Part shown: positions 37,797 through 48,672 of the stretch, one piece after another
How the letters are laid out: the number at the start of each line of letters is the position of its first letter
How positions within the stretch are numbered: position 1 is the first letter of the stretch
NCBI GenBank assembly: GCA_963782535.1
Contig: CAWAKE010000009.1
Location: forward strand, 171,913 to 235,912
DNA from: an uncultured delta proteobacterium
GTDB taxonomy: Bacteria; Desulfobacterota; Binatia; Binatales; Binataceae
Direction of reading: 5' to 3'
Length of the DNA stretch: 64,000 nucleotides
Program-made: the position numbers and the translations under genes
Notes under the pieces: model-generated
The model's database searches: none
Told to the model about the DNA's origin: nothing
What the model saw: only the letters and a program-made list of their open reading frames with translations

Positions 37797-38819
37797 TCAG
37801 GCGGCGAGACGTTCGTAGCGGTGATGCAAGCCATTGACTTGCGGGAATGCGACGACTCTTCCTACCCTGGGCGGCGTGACTGGGCGCGGGTCGGGGCAAT
37901 CCTTGCCGAGTGAAAGATGGGTGCGGCTGCGGTGGTAGTAGTCGACGTACCAGGAAAGGACGCGGCGCAGATGGCGCTCGTTGAAGATTACGATGTAGTC
38001 GAGACACTCGCGACGAATCGAACCGATGACGCGCTCGACATAAGCATTCTGCCAAGGTGATCGCGCCGCGCTTACAACCTCAATGAACCCGATCGCATCG
38101 ACCCGTTTGCAGAATTCCGAGCCATATGAGGCGTCGCGATCGCGCAGTAGATAACGCGGAGCAGTGTCCCACGGGAAGGCTTCAGTCACCTGACGCGACA
38201 GCCAGCCTGCGGTCGGGTGCCGCGTAACATCAAAGCGCACAATCTTCCTGCGATCGTGGGTCAGAATGATCATCACATACAGCCGGCGAAACGAGCCAGA
38301 CGGCACTACGAACATATCGATCGCAGCGATACCGGCGGCCTGATTGCGCAGGAAGCTGAGCCAGGTCGGCGAAGGTTTCTTGCGTCTTCGCCCCATGTAC
38401 TTGGCGACGGTGGCTTGGCTGATCTCGATGCCGAGCTTGAGTAGTTCACCGCGGATGCGGGGCGCACCCCGTAGCGGGTTGGCGCGGCTCATTTGCCGGA
38501 TGAGATCACGAACCTCGCGATCCACTGACGGCCGTCCGGACCTCGAGCGCCAGCGCCAGTAGAGTCGGGAACCTTGGCGATGCCACTGAACTACGGTGGC
38601 CGGTTTCACCAACACCATCGTGTCGAGACAACGTGGCCACACCCGATAAAGCCAGACCCACAGCAGTCGGTCGATACAAAAGAGCCGCGGACGGCCGGGA
38701 CGCTGGCGATGCAGGACTGCCAATTGGTGGCGGAGCGCGATCACTTCGAGCTCCAATTCCGCGCGGCCGCGAAACCGAGCTGCGAGCCAGGAAAAGAGCG
38801 CGGGGATATATGCGAGCAT
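37797..38819 (-). CDS. DDE transposase/integrase-core protein, a single ORF with an N-terminal HTH, of an IS481-like element
   Basis: …LELEVIALRHQLAVLHRQ… at the N-terminus; rve-like core …DRDASYGSEF…SPWQNAYVERVIGSIRRECLD…. Confidence 0.6.
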   Translation of the reverse strand: MLAYIPALFSWLAARFRGRAELELEVIALRHQLAVLHRQRPGRPRLFCIDRLLWVWLYRVWPRCLDTMVLVKPATVVQWHRQGSRLYWRWRSRSGRPSVDREVRDLIRQMSRANPLRGAPRIRGELLKLGIEISQATVAKYMGRRRKKPSPTWLSFLRNQAAGIAAIDMFVVPSGSFRRLYVMIILTHDRRKIVRFDVTRHPTAGWLSRQVTEAFPWDTAPRYLLRDRDASYGSEFCKRVDAIGFIEVVSAARSPWQNAYVERVIGSIRRECLDYIVIFNERHLRRVLSWYVDYYHRSRTHLSLGKDCPDPRPVTPPRVGRVVAFPQVNGLHHRYERLAA

Positions 38820-38821
38820 GC

Positions 38822-38960
38822 CGGCGACTCTACGGCCCGGCAGATTAAATCGCCAGCCTTTTCAACACTTTCGGTGTTTTCAGTAGAGACAGCAGTGTAT
38901 CGCGCTATATGCCACTGGCCGACGGGCGGCCGGGACAATCTTGGCGCACTTTCATGCGCA
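38822..38960. repeat. ~90-bp repeat, copy 2, inverted relative to 21740-21830 and immediately upstream of the IS481-like transposase
   Basis: CTTTTCAACACTTTCGGTGTTTTCAGTAGAGAC…GGGCCGTAGAGTCGCCGG. Confidence 0.5.
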
Positions 38961-39579
38961 ATCAAGCCATCGCGTTCGGTCACCGCGAGCATGCGGAGGA
39001 GCGATCGAGGAGAGCCGATGGCCTGGATGTTGAGTCCATCTGGACCCAACTCAATCGATCCGGAGCTGCGGAGATTGCGACCGGATGTATTGGCCTCAGG
39101 CGACGCTTTGCTCAACCGCAGACCCTGAACGAAGCAAGAACCGGTCAGCGCTCTGCTTATTGCGATCGTGGAGTCATACGCCATTCGGCCGCAGTGTTCG
39201 GTGGCTCAGGACATCACTGTATAAGCGCTCAACGCGCTCTTTTCAGATACGAGGTCCATCGCGTCAAACTTGCAGCCGCGATTGAGGTGGTTTCTGGCCG
39301 AACTCAAGACGTCGCGTTAGCGCAGAGTCGCACCAGAATTCATCACGTCGGTTCGCGCTCGCAGCTGCAAAACGGGACCGCTCCGCGAGTCCGTATCTCC
39401 CTCCGCGCGGATCAGGTTTTGAGGAACTACAGGTGGAAAGCAACCGCTCGCCCGACTTCGAAAGCCTGCAGGCTCTTCGCGCTGCCGATGGCGATGAACA
39501 CGATCTTTATTGCGAGCCGCCTTCGGTCAGTCCATCGACACCCAATCGCCCCTCACCAGAACACTGCTCGCGTGGCATG

Positions 39580-40122
39580 CTAGCTCCCGCTGTCAGCGAG
39601 CGTGAGTTCCACGCGCCGGTTCTGCGCTCGGCCCTCCGGCGTGCGGTTAGAGGCGATCGGATCAGCGTCGCCGAACCCCTGCGCGTGAACCAAGTTCGGA
39701 TTGACGCCCTGCGAGATCATGAATTGCCTCACGTTGTCAGCTCGCCTTTGTGACAGGATTAAGTTGGATGTAATCCCCCTGCGCATCAAATCCTGGCCGA
39801 TCGGGGTATTGTCGGTATAGCCGTTCACATTGATTGTTGTCGTCTGATGTGGCGCCAGGATCGCAGCCATCTTGGCGATGGTCTGCTGTGCCTGAGCGGG
39901 CATCTCCCAGCCGCCAGACGGGAACAGGAGTTGGCCGTTGACGCTTACCTTGATTGCATTTTGCAGCCGCGTGATCTGCATCTGCTGGTTTCCAACTTCG
40001 GTGGTCATCGATTGTTGGAGCTGCTGATACTCCTGGTCCAGTGCATTGTATTTCTGTTGCGAAACGCAGCCCGCCAGCAGGAGCGCTGCGGCCGCAGCGA
40101 ATGCCATCGATGACACCTTCAT
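39580..40122 (-). CDS. OmpA-family lipoprotein (coiled-coil N-part plus OmpA-like C-domain)
   Basis: Lipobox LLLAGC and an OmpA C-like motif (…NVNGYTDNTPIG…LSQRRADNV…NRRVEL). Confidence 0.65.
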   Translation of the reverse strand: MKVSSMAFAAAAALLLAGCVSQQKYNALDQEYQQLQQSMTTEVGNQQMQITRLQNAIKVSVNGQLLFPSGGWEMPAQAQQTIAKMAAILAPHQTTTINVNGYTDNTPIGQDLMRRGITSNLILSQRRADNVRQFMISQGVNPNLVHAQGFGDADPIASNRTPEGRAQNRRVELTLADSGS

Positions 40123-40196
40123 TACACGTACCTCTTTTCGTTGATTCGTTGGATAGCGACAATGTTCGCTTCGGGGCGTAGCCCCCAAAAGCCTTA

Positions 40197-41102
40197 CTAG
40201 AAAATATTTCCTTTGATTAGCTTCGGAATGACTGGCGCAACTGTTACTTGAATATTCCATTTTTGGCCGAAGGCGTCCGGATGGACCGGCATATACTGGG
40301 GTTGCACGGCGAACCGGACCGGCAGTGGGCCAAGCTTGATCACCTTGGAAACGCTCACGCCAATCGGAAAAGTAAGCATGTTGCCGCTGTCCTTAGCGTA
40401 TCAGTTGACCAGGATGTTGGGCGACGTTCCAACGCTCCAGCCACCGGGCAGAAAGTACGAGGCGAAGTACTGGACGTTGAGTTGGCTGGTGGTGTTCGAT
40501 CCAGGTCCGCCGGTTGACCACCACTGTTGCAGAAATACGCCCACGATGAATTTCTCGCCGAGATAACCCAAAACACCTGCCGGCCCCATCTGCCATTTGT
40601 TCTGACCGAGACGGGAGTTGCTGGCGGTCGGGAAGATAAACGTGGGGCCTGCCCCTATCAGCCACTTGCCAACCAAACGGTCGGTCGGCGACAGCATAGA
40701 GACCAGCACCGTATCCCCAAAACCGGTCACGCGATGGATATTCCCGCTGCGATTAACGTATGGGGTAGAATTCAGTAGCGGGATTATCGGTCGAGTAATC
40801 AGGTTCCAGTTGTCCGTCAAAGAGAGCGGCAAGACTGGCTGAAATTGTAGATTCACCTGATTACGATCGGCATGGCCGGTGGGCATGTTCAGCCAGTACG
40901 TGTTCTCCTGGAACGTGACCGACCAGAAGTTCGCGATCGGGTTGGAGAGCTTTTTGTTCACCTCGGTTAGGATTTGCGAATCGGCTCCCGGTTGAGCCGA
41001 AGGTTCGCTCGGAGCAGGTTGCGCTAGCGCGTGCGGCCCGCCACAGAGCAGCAAACAGGTAGCAAGAACAATAAACGAACGCCTGGCGTTTTGAGTCGGC
41101 AT
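40197..41102 (-). pseudogene. Outer-membrane beta-barrel protein, paralogue of the 42270-43145 product, with a frameshift near 40390
   Basis: The 250-aa ORF (41153-40401) and the 60-aa ORF (40379-40197) are collinear with the paralogue (…TFPIG… versus …TIPIGTDVG…). Confidence 0.5.
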
Positions 41103-41295
41103 CGTACGTGCACTTTCTCCACGCCCGTGCTCCACGAACATTACCGGAAACAATACCGGGCGTCGTCAACATCTTTCGACCTTATAGTTTAATAACGCGA
41201 ACAAGCGCGCCATTGGACCTTAGCCCAACGTGTCTGTGGCGAATTGTTGATTCTGTCAGAAGCCGCTTCTATAGCGCAGTCTTGTCAATCCTTCA

Positions 41296-42135
41296 TTTAC
41301 CGTGGATGTGTTGCAAGTTTGGCGGGTGTGACTGGTAGGGTGAGAAGATCGTGAAGCACGCAATTCGACCGGCAATTTTCAAGTGGCGGCAGACGGCGCC
41401 AGAGCTGATTCTGTGTGCGGTGCGCTGGTATCTTCGCTACTCGCTTTCTCTGCGCGATGTCGAAGAGTTGCTCGCCGAGCGCGGTCTGCAAGCGGATCAC
41501 ACGACCATCTGGCGTTGGGTTCAACGTTACGGTCCCGAACTGGAACAGCGATTGCGCCGTCATCTCAAGCCGACCAACAAATCCTGGCGGGTCGATGAAA
41601 CGTATATTCGAGTGAAAGGCGCTTGGTGTTACCTCTATCGGGCCATCGATTCCGCCGGCGCCACCATCGACTTCCTGCTGTCTGCGGTGCGCGATGCCGC
41701 TGCGGCCAAACGCCTGTTGCGCTAGGCGCTGAGCGATCCATCGCATCCGCAGCCCCGCGTCATCAACACCGATAAGGCTCCCATCTATGGCGCGGCGATT
41801 GCCGCCGTGAAAGACGAAGGAACCCTGCGCCGGCGCTGCCGGCATCGGCCGGTCCAATATTTGAACAACATCCTGGAGCAGGATCATCGAGGGATCAAAC
41901 GGCGAGTGAACTCCAAGCAGGGCTTTCGCCAGTTACGAGCGGCAGCGCGAATCATTGCGGGATATGAGGCTATACATATGCTACGGAAGGGTCAGGCGCG
42001 ACGGGTCGGCGACAATGATGTTCGCCAACAGAATCGTTTCATCGACCAGCTGTTCGGTCTGGCTGCCTGAAACCTCGCCGACAGTTTCGCTCGGGACCTC
42101 CTCCGTCACCGTTTTCAAGGTTGCAACACTTCCGA
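41296..42135 (+). mobile_element. IS6-family insertion sequence, copy C; the transposase is interrupted by an in-frame stop at ~41725
   Basis: Left inverted repeat GGATGTGTTGCAAGTTTGGCGG and right inverted repeat …CAAGGTTGCAACACTTCC. The ORFs 41351-41725 and 41807-42070 together make a full-length transposase. Confidence 0.75.
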
Positions 42136-42269
42136 TGCACTGAACTCCTGGACGCTTCATCGGGCAAGTCGAGTCACTACCTTCCCGTCGGAAACAGCGC
42201 CGTCATCTGAAAACGGAGGATCCACTGAGGGGCACCGGACGGACGGCGCACGATGTCATATGCGCCAAC

Positions 42270-43145
42270 CTAGACACTCATCGCGTGCGACCCGATATAG
42301 AAAGCGTCGCCAACGTCCGTCCCGATCGGGATCGTCCACCCGTTGGCCTCTTCAGCCGTCCAGTCGAAGGTAATTTCCGGATTGAAGTCAACATACCAGC
42401 CGCTGTCGAAGTTGTAACTGACCTGGGGTTCCAAATAGATTTGGTTGACGCTCCCGCGTGCGCGGTTTCCAGCGAAAGACATCAATTGATACGCCAGTAC
42501 CCCGTTGAACCAGGGGCCATTCGAATAAATCAGTGCTGCGGTGGGGCCAGCAGACCATCTGCCGGTTCCAAGTTCATCGGCGGTCGCTGTACGAAATTCA
42601 AATATCGGTCCGGTGCCCCAAATCCATTCGCTCGCATCATGAGGAGTAAGAAAATACGAAGTCTGCAAGTCACCTAGCCCCATTTGCTCGCGCGGGCTTG
42701 GGAGGTAGGTCACAGACAGGCTCGGTTGTGCGATCAGATCCCACTCTCGATTTAGGGAAATTGGGATTACGGGAGCGACATTCAGGCTCGTCCCCGCGTT
42801 GCGATGGGGACCGATGCCGAATCCCGTGGTCACTTGAATGGGAACCTTCACGAAATCTTCGAATGGATTGTGGGCGCTTTTCGCCAGGTCCTGAGGCGCG
42901 AGGCTCGTTGCCAATTGTGCTGCTGCAATAGAGGGGAACGTGCCGAGCAAAAGAAATATTCCGATCTCCAGGAATCTGAGGCGCGTTTTATTCACCGAAC
43001 CCGCTCGAGGATTTCTCGCCACCTCTCCTGGCCGAGGATTCCTGCTAGACCGTAACTTCAACCAACGTCGCATAATCACCCCGACCGGCGAGGACGGCGG
43101 ACGCAATGAAGGATTCCACCGACCGGAATCGCCCTTCATCGACAT
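42270..43145 (-). CDS. Outer-membrane beta-barrel protein of the transporter/MetA-pathway-like family; the start is probably internal
   Basis: Signal peptide …FLLLGTFPSIAAAQ and alternating amphipathic strands; ends in an aromatic residue-rich C-terminus. Confidence 0.4.
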   Translation of the reverse strand: MSMKGDSGRWNPSLRPPSSPVGVIMRRWLKLRSSRNPRPGEVARNPRAGSVNKTRLRFLEIGIFLLLGTFPSIAAAQLATSLAPQDLAKSAHNPFEDFVKVPIQVTTGFGIGPHRNAGTSLNVAPVIPISLNREWDLIAQPSLSVTYLPSPREQMGLGDLQTSYFLTPHDASEWIWGTGPIFEFRTATADELGTGRWSAGPTAALIYSNGPWFNGVLAYQLMSFAGNRARGSVNQIYLEPQVSYNFDSGWYVDFNPEITFDWTAEEANGWTIPIGTDVGDAFYIGSHAMSV

Positions 43146-43789
43146 CGGCTCGGTTCAAGCCGCTGGCAATGCTCTTGCAGTCATATTGAGTTGGAAAGGC
43201 CATCTTGTACGACGTCAAGCCCCATGCGTCCGGTTCGACGTGGCGATGGCGAGAGCCGACGTAATAACCTCCAACTCCGCAGATAACGTGAGCGTTATTG
43301 TGATGATTATCGGGATTCGCATTATTTGATCTAACGTCTCGCCCGCCGGTGTGTTACCTCCGGGTCTTTAAGCCCTTATCGAAGTCTAGTTCAAGTCGCG
43401 ATTAGGATCTCGATCAGGAGGCGGCGGGGCGCCGCTGTCATGACCGTGGCCTTTCTGGCCCTCTAAACGGCTGTCAGGCGTTGCGCGCGCGTAGCCGCGC
43501 CTATGAACGCGGCACTCCAAGCTCAAGTTCAAGAGTGTACTACCAAAGTCCCATTTTACTGAGGTGCTTTTTCTTCATAGGATAACGAAAGAGAGACCGA
43601 GATTCCCGTTTTGATACCCTTCGGATTCGGATGTCCAGAGCTTGTATTTGCCGTGCCGCCAGAATGCCCTAATCTCAAGCTACACCAGCGAGGAAGGTCA
43701 TTGTGCAATAACAGATCATGTTTTCGCAGTAGTGTCGTGAGCAATTCAAAGGACCAGTATCGGCCGCTCGTTCTGAGGGGGGTAGTAAG

Positions 43790-45316
43790 ATGGCAAAGTT
43801 GAATAGTCTCTGGGCCTTGGTGGCTTCGGCAATGATTATCGCCGTGTGCGCAATCCCGAGCCGTGCTCAGTCGTCGTCAGCAGCCAAGTATAAGATGACG
43901 ACCCCGATGCCACCCGATATAGCTGCGCCGAACACGATTCACACCCGCTTCGGCACGCTGCATCTTTTCGATGGCGTCCCTGACCAACCGAGCACCAAAA
44001 ATATTTACGATAACCTGGACTTCCAGCGCGCAGTGCAAGCGTACCTGCTGGCACTGCCGGTTGTGAACCAGGCCGCGAACCGCAACGCCATCCTGAAAAT
44101 GGGACCAGCCAACGAGACCGTGCCCATTTGGGAGCGCATGGTGGACTCCCACACGGTTGAGCTAACTGCCAATAACGACACCCCGTACACGTGGTTCTGG
44201 ATCGATTTGCGCAAGGGACCGCTGGTGGTCGAAGTGCCGCCCAATGTGCTGGGCCTCTCAGATGACATCTGGTACCACTGGACCGGTGACGTGGGCTTCA
44301 CCGGCCCGGACCGCGGCAAGGGCGGGAAATACCTGTTTCTTCCGCCCGGCTACAAAGGCGAGGTGCCCAAGGGCTATTTCGTCATGCGACCAGGCAGCTT
44401 CATAACCTGGGTGGTCTGGCGCAGCTTTCTGACAAAAGGCGATCCGGCTCCAGGAGTCGCTGCGGTCAAGAAATTCACCAAGATCTATCCCCTGTCCCAA
44501 GCGTCCAACCCTCCGAAGCTGAAATTCGTCGACATGTCCGGCATTCCGTTCAACATGGTCGGCCCGTCTAACTTCCGCTTCTGGGAGATGCTCAATGAGG
44601 TCGTGCAGCACGAGCCGACGAAGGAGGTCGACGCTACCACCCTTGGTTTTTGGGCTGCGATCGGCATCCAAAAGGGCACGCCGTTCGCGCCGGATGCACG
44701 GATGAAACGGATATTGACCCAAGCCGCGGCGGTCGGCGACGCGACCGCTCGCGCTTTGTTCTACCGGGTTCGAGAGAAAGCAGCCAACTACTACGATAAC
44801 CGGCACTGGAAGCGTCCGTTCGTTGGCGGCTACAAATTCGAGTGGCAGCCCGGGGTCGCCAACCTGAGCGGAAGCGCGATGTTTTTCTTCGCCGGCACCG
44901 GGGTCACGCCGGCGATGAATACCCAGATCGTGGGTGAGGGCTCGGCCTATCCCTGGACGGCGGTGGATGCCAACAATCACTCGCTCGACGGAGGCAAGAA
45001 CTACAAGCTGCACTTGCCGGGACCGATTCCGGTCAAGAGGTTCTGGTCCGTGATCGTTTACGACACCCAGACCCGGTCGATGTTACAAACCGACCAGCGA
45101 TTCCCGAGCGTAAGCAGCCAGAGCAAGGACTTGCGAGTGAACCCCGACGGTTCGGTGGACGTCTACTTCGGCCCCAAGGCACCTGCCGGCGAGAAAGGGA
45201 ACTGGGTGCAAACCATTCCGGGCAAGAGCTGGTTCATGATCCTGCGCCTTTACGGCCCACTGAAGCCCTGGTTCGACAAGACTTGGCGGCCGGACGACAT
45301 TGTGCCATTGAAATAG
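43790..45316 (+). CDS. Secreted DUF1254/DUF1214-type protein with a Sec signal
   Basis: Signal MAKLNSLWALVASAMIIAVCAIPSRAQS; paralogue of the 18454-19995 product. Confidence 0.5.
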   Translation: MAKLNSLWALVASAMIIAVCAIPSRAQSSSAAKYKMTTPMPPDIAAPNTIHTRFGTLHLFDGVPDQPSTKNIYDNLDFQRAVQAYLLALPVVNQAANRNAILKMGPANETVPIWERMVDSHTVELTANNDTPYTWFWIDLRKGPLVVEVPPNVLGLSDDIWYHWTGDVGFTGPDRGKGGKYLFLPPGYKGEVPKGYFVMRPGSFITWVVWRSFLTKGDPAPGVAAVKKFTKIYPLSQASNPPKLKFVDMSGIPFNMVGPSNFRFWEMLNEVVQHEPTKEVDATTLGFWAAIGIQKGTPFAPDARMKRILTQAAAVGDATARALFYRVREKAANYYDNRHWKRPFVGGYKFEWQPGVANLSGSAMFFFAGTGVTPAMNTQIVGEGSAYPWTAVDANNHSLDGGKNYKLHLPGPIPVKRFWSVIVYDTQTRSMLQTDQRFPSVSSQSKDLRVNPDGSVDVYFGPKAPAGEKGNWVQTIPGKSWFMILRLYGPLKPWFDKTWRPDDIVPLK

Positions 45317-45520
45317 CGCTAGGATTCGCAGTGACAGCACGCGAGGCCTGCTCCTTATAGGTACAGACCTCGCGTAAGTGCAGAATCGCACCGCGATTCA
45401 TCATGCTGATCCCTGGTCGGGCGGATACCTCGAAGTAATCAGCTAGGAATCAAGTCGCCCCGGCGAGCTCCCGTGCTTCCGTACGCGCGGATTGGGTTTT
45501 GAAAAGGCAGACCGCCTGCG

Positions 45521-45858
45521 CTAAGCGGTCTGCACCCATCTGACACATCCGCCAATCTCAGGTCGCTCTCTTTGGGCGCCGCCAAGCGCCACGTCCGCCA
45601 TCGTCATTAGGCGCCCATTTGCGAACGACAGGTTCCGAGAAGAACAGAAGGCGAGGTGATCCGCCGCTAGACCGCGCTCGGCGAGCAACTCCTCGACGTT
45701 GCGCAGCGAGAGCGAGTAGCGAAGATACCAGCGCACCGCACACAGAATCAGTTCCGGCGCCGTCTGCCGCCACTTGAAAATTGCCGGTCGGGTCGCACGT
45801 TTCACGGTCGTCTCAGCCTACGAGCCAACCCTACCAAAGTTGCAACACATCCATTGTG
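45521..45858 (-). mobile_element. IS6-family insertion sequence, copy D, a 5' fragment (left inverted repeat plus N-terminal 94 codons)
   Basis: …CCAAAGTTGCAACACATCC inverted repeat at 45836-45858 and MKRATRPAIFKWRQTAPELILCAVRWYLRYSLSLRNVEEL…. Confidence 0.7.
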
Positions 45859-46079
45859 TCCAAGCAGCGCGGCCATAACCGGTAGAGCCAGACCCACAAC
45901 GGTCGAACCATTTTAAGCAGCCGGGGCGGACCTAGCCGTTGGCGGCGAAGAACATGCAGATGGTGACGGAGGGCGGGATTCTCTAATTCCAATACATCAC
46001 GGCCACGGAATCGGCGAGTAACAGCTGCAACGATGAGGCACACAAGTTTATGCATCCCGAGAACCACGGCTAATCCCAA
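45831..46079 (-). pseudogene. IS481-like transposase N-terminal fragment
   Basis: …FRGRDVLELENPALRHHLHVLRRQRLGPPRLL…WVWLYRLWPRCLDTM… is homologous to the N-terminus of the 37797-38819 product. Confidence 0.6.
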
Positions 46080-46087
46080 AACTCTAG

Positions 46088-46109
46088 AGGGAAGTGTTGC
46101 AACACATTC
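46088..46109. repeat. Solo IS6 terminal inverted repeat: the palindromic sequence GGGAAGTGTTGCAACACATTCC resembles both IS6 ends
   Basis: Matches the right inverted repeat GGGAAGTGTTGCAAC for 15 nt and the reverse complement of the left inverted repeat (GGATGTGTTGCAAC) on the other strand. Confidence 0.45.
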
Positions 46110-46306
46110 CTGTTAAGAGTTCACGGCCGAAATTCTTCCTCCAAGACTCCAGGCGGCCTTTGCGAGCCAGATTCGCACGATATTTCGCGAGATTAGCCCG
46201 GCTCGCGTGGACTTGATTTCGATACTCTAAAGCGGCCCATTTCGATGCTGTAAAATGGCCCACCTCGCAGACCCGAAGCATCCTGCTGAAGAGCAGGAGG
46301 CGCGGG

Positions 46307-47842
46307 ATGGAGAGGAAAGCAAAGGTGGAGCTATTCGAGCAGATACGCAGGGAGTACGAATTCGGCGACGGTACCGTGCTCGGCATCGCGCGCAAGCTGG
46401 GAGTGCATCGCCGGATGGTACGTCAGGCGCTGGCCAATGCCGCACCGCCGGAGCGCCAGCAGTGGGAACGGAAGCGACCGATAATGGCGCCGTTGATGCC
46501 CTTCATCGACGCGGTGCTGGAAGCCGATCGCAACGCCCCGCGCAAGCAGCGTCACACCGCCCATCGCATCTGGCAGCGGATTGTGACGGAGCAGCCGGAG
46601 CGGAAAGTGTCGGAAGCGACGATTCGGCAGTATGTGCGCGAGCGCAAACGGGAGCTGGGATGGTCAGCCCGCGCGACCTGTGTGCCGCAGAGCTACGCAC
46701 CGGGGCAGGAAGGCCAGGTCGATTGGTATGAAGCATGGGCGGAGCTCAATGGTGAACGGATAAAGCTGCAGGTCTTTGCGATACGGAGCATGGCGAGCGG
46801 CGCGGCCTTCCATCGGGCCTATCATCGCGCGACCCAGCAGGCGTTTCTCGAGGCTCACGAGCACGCGTTTCAATATTTTGAGGGCGTCTTTCGCATCCTC
46901 AGGTACGACAACCTGAAAGCTGCGGTGAAGAAGATCCTGCGTGGGTTCCGCCGCGAGGAGACCGTGCGCTTCATTGCTTTTCGTTCACACTGGCGGTTCC
47001 AGAGCGAATTTTGCACGCCCGAGGAGCCCCACGAGAAAGGTGGGATAGAAGGCGAGGCCGGCTACTTTCGGCGCAATCATTGGGTGCCGGTGCCGAAGGC
47101 GCGCGACCTCGCGGATCTCAACGCGCAGTTGCTCGCCGCCTGCCGTGCCGATGAACGGCGCCAGATCGCCGGACACCAGCAGCCGGTGGGAGGGTTAATG
47201 ATCGAGGAGCGTGCGCAGCTATTACCGCTCGCCGAACAAGGCTTCGAGCTGGCGGAGATCGCGTTTCCACGCGTGGACGGTCTCGGCTGCGTGCGGGTGC
47301 GGACCAATCTCTATTCGGTGCCGGCGGCGTCCGGCAAGACGGTCGAGGTCCGGCTTTATCCGAGTTACGTCGAAGTGCGGGATGAAGGGCGGTGCATCGC
47401 TTGCCACGAGCGTTGTCACGGGCGGCAGCAACAAGTGCTCGACCTGGAACACTATCTCGATGTACTGGAGCGCAAACCGGGCGCCCTGATCGGCTCCAGG
47501 CCGCTCAAGGCATGGCGGGAACGTGGCTGGTGGCCGCCAAGCTACGATCGGCTGCTCGACGAACTGATACACCGGCACGGCAGGCAGAGCGGCACGCGCC
47601 AGATGATTCAGCTGCTCAGCCTGATCAAACAGCATGGCCACCAACGGGTACGAACGGCGGTGGAAGAAGCAATCGCTCTGGGCTGTGCGGATGCCGCGGC
47701 GGTGCGGCATCTGGTGGAAGCCGCGGACCTGGCCCATGCGCGCAGTGCGCTCATCGAGTTGGGCGCACTTGCCCGTTTCGAACGACCACTGCCGGCGATC
47801 ACCGACTACGATGGGTTGCTGAGCTCGGAGATAGCGCTATGA
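46307..47842 (+). CDS. istA: IS21-family transposase IstA
   Basis: N-terminal HTH and DDE core; the stop overlaps the istB start (ATGA). Confidence 0.85.
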   Translation: MERKAKVELFEQIRREYEFGDGTVLGIARKLGVHRRMVRQALANAAPPERQQWERKRPIMAPLMPFIDAVLEADRNAPRKQRHTAHRIWQRIVTEQPERKVSEATIRQYVRERKRELGWSARATCVPQSYAPGQEGQVDWYEAWAELNGERIKLQVFAIRSMASGAAFHRAYHRATQQAFLEAHEHAFQYFEGVFRILRYDNLKAAVKKILRGFRREETVRFIAFRSHWRFQSEFCTPEEPHEKGGIEGEAGYFRRNHWVPVPKARDLADLNAQLLAACRADERRQIAGHQQPVGGLMIEERAQLLPLAEQGFELAEIAFPRVDGLGCVRVRTNLYSVPAASGKTVEVRLYPSYVEVRDEGRCIACHERCHGRQQQVLDLEHYLDVLERKPGALIGSRPLKAWRERGWWPPSYDRLLDELIHRHGRQSGTRQMIQLLSLIKQHGHQRVRTAVEEAIALGCADAAAVRHLVEAADLAHARSALIELGALARFERPLPAITDYDGLLSSEIAL

Positions 47843-48672
47843 ATGCGCAGGCCGCCGTTCTGGAAACTGCCAGCATCCAGCAGCAGTGCAAGGTGTTACG
47901 CCTGCCGGCGATCGCCGCGCAATGCGGCCAACTGGCCGAACAGGCGGTGCGCGAACGTCATTCGCACCTGGGCTTCCTCGAAGCGCTGTTGCAGGCCGAA
48001 CTCGAAGAACGGGAACAGCGGCTGGTGGAGCGGCGCCTTCGCGAAGCGCATCTGCCGCGGATGAAGACCCTGGAGGAGTTTGACTTCGCCCGCAATCCCA
48101 AGATCTCGGCACAACAGATCCACGAACTCGCGCAAGGCGCTTACATCGGCCGGGCTGAGCCGGTCATCTTCATCGGTGACAGCGGCACCGGTAAAACCCA
48201 TCTACTCACCGGCCTGGCAGTAGCCGCCTGCCGGCAGAAGCGCCGGGTTCGATTCACTACCGCCGCTGCGTTGATCAACGAAATGGTCGAGGCCAAACAT
48301 CAGTTGCAACTCGGCCGCGCGTTGAGCCGTTGGGCCCGTTACGACCTCATCGCGCTCGATGAAGTGGGCTACGTGCCCCTGGCCGAAGTAGGTGCGGAGT
48401 TCCTGTTCCAGGTCATTGCCGAACGGGCCGAGAAGGCCGCAGTGATCGTTACTACCAACCTGCCCTTCTCGGAATGGACGCAGGTGATTCCCAACGCACG
48501 GCTCTGCAAGGCGTTGATCGATCGCATTACTGACCGCGCTAGCATCATCGAAACCGGGACTGACTCATACCGCTTTCGCCGAACCCTGGAGAAGCGCAAG
48601 GGCCGCAATGCAGAGCTGAACAATATTACCGCGCCGCCCCCGCTTAGCGGCGGCGGGAAAAAGGCGACCTAA
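47839..48672 (+). CDS. istB: IS21-family ATP-binding helper IstB
   Basis: Walker [13 protein letters not shown] and Walker [11 protein letters not shown]. Confidence 0.85.
   Translation: MNAQAAVLETASIQQQCKVLRLPAIAAQCGQLAEQAVRERHSHLGFLEALLQAELEEREQRLVERRLREAHLPRMKTLEEFDFARNPKISAQQIHELAQGAYIGRAEPVIFIGDSGTGKTHLLTGLAVAACRQKRRVRFTTAAALINEMVEAKHQLQLGRALSRWARYDLIALDEVGYVPLAEVGAEFLFQVIAERAEKAAVIVTTNLPFSEWTQVIPNARLCKALIDRITDRASIIETGTDSYRFRRTLEKRKGRNAELNNITAPPPLSGGGKKAT

Noticed and set aside
38574-39583. ORFs 38574-39128, 38741-39184 and 38909-39583 between the IS481-like element and ompA
   Set aside because: Overlapping, motif-free and covering the repeat element; likely non-coding IS-end/intergenic sequence
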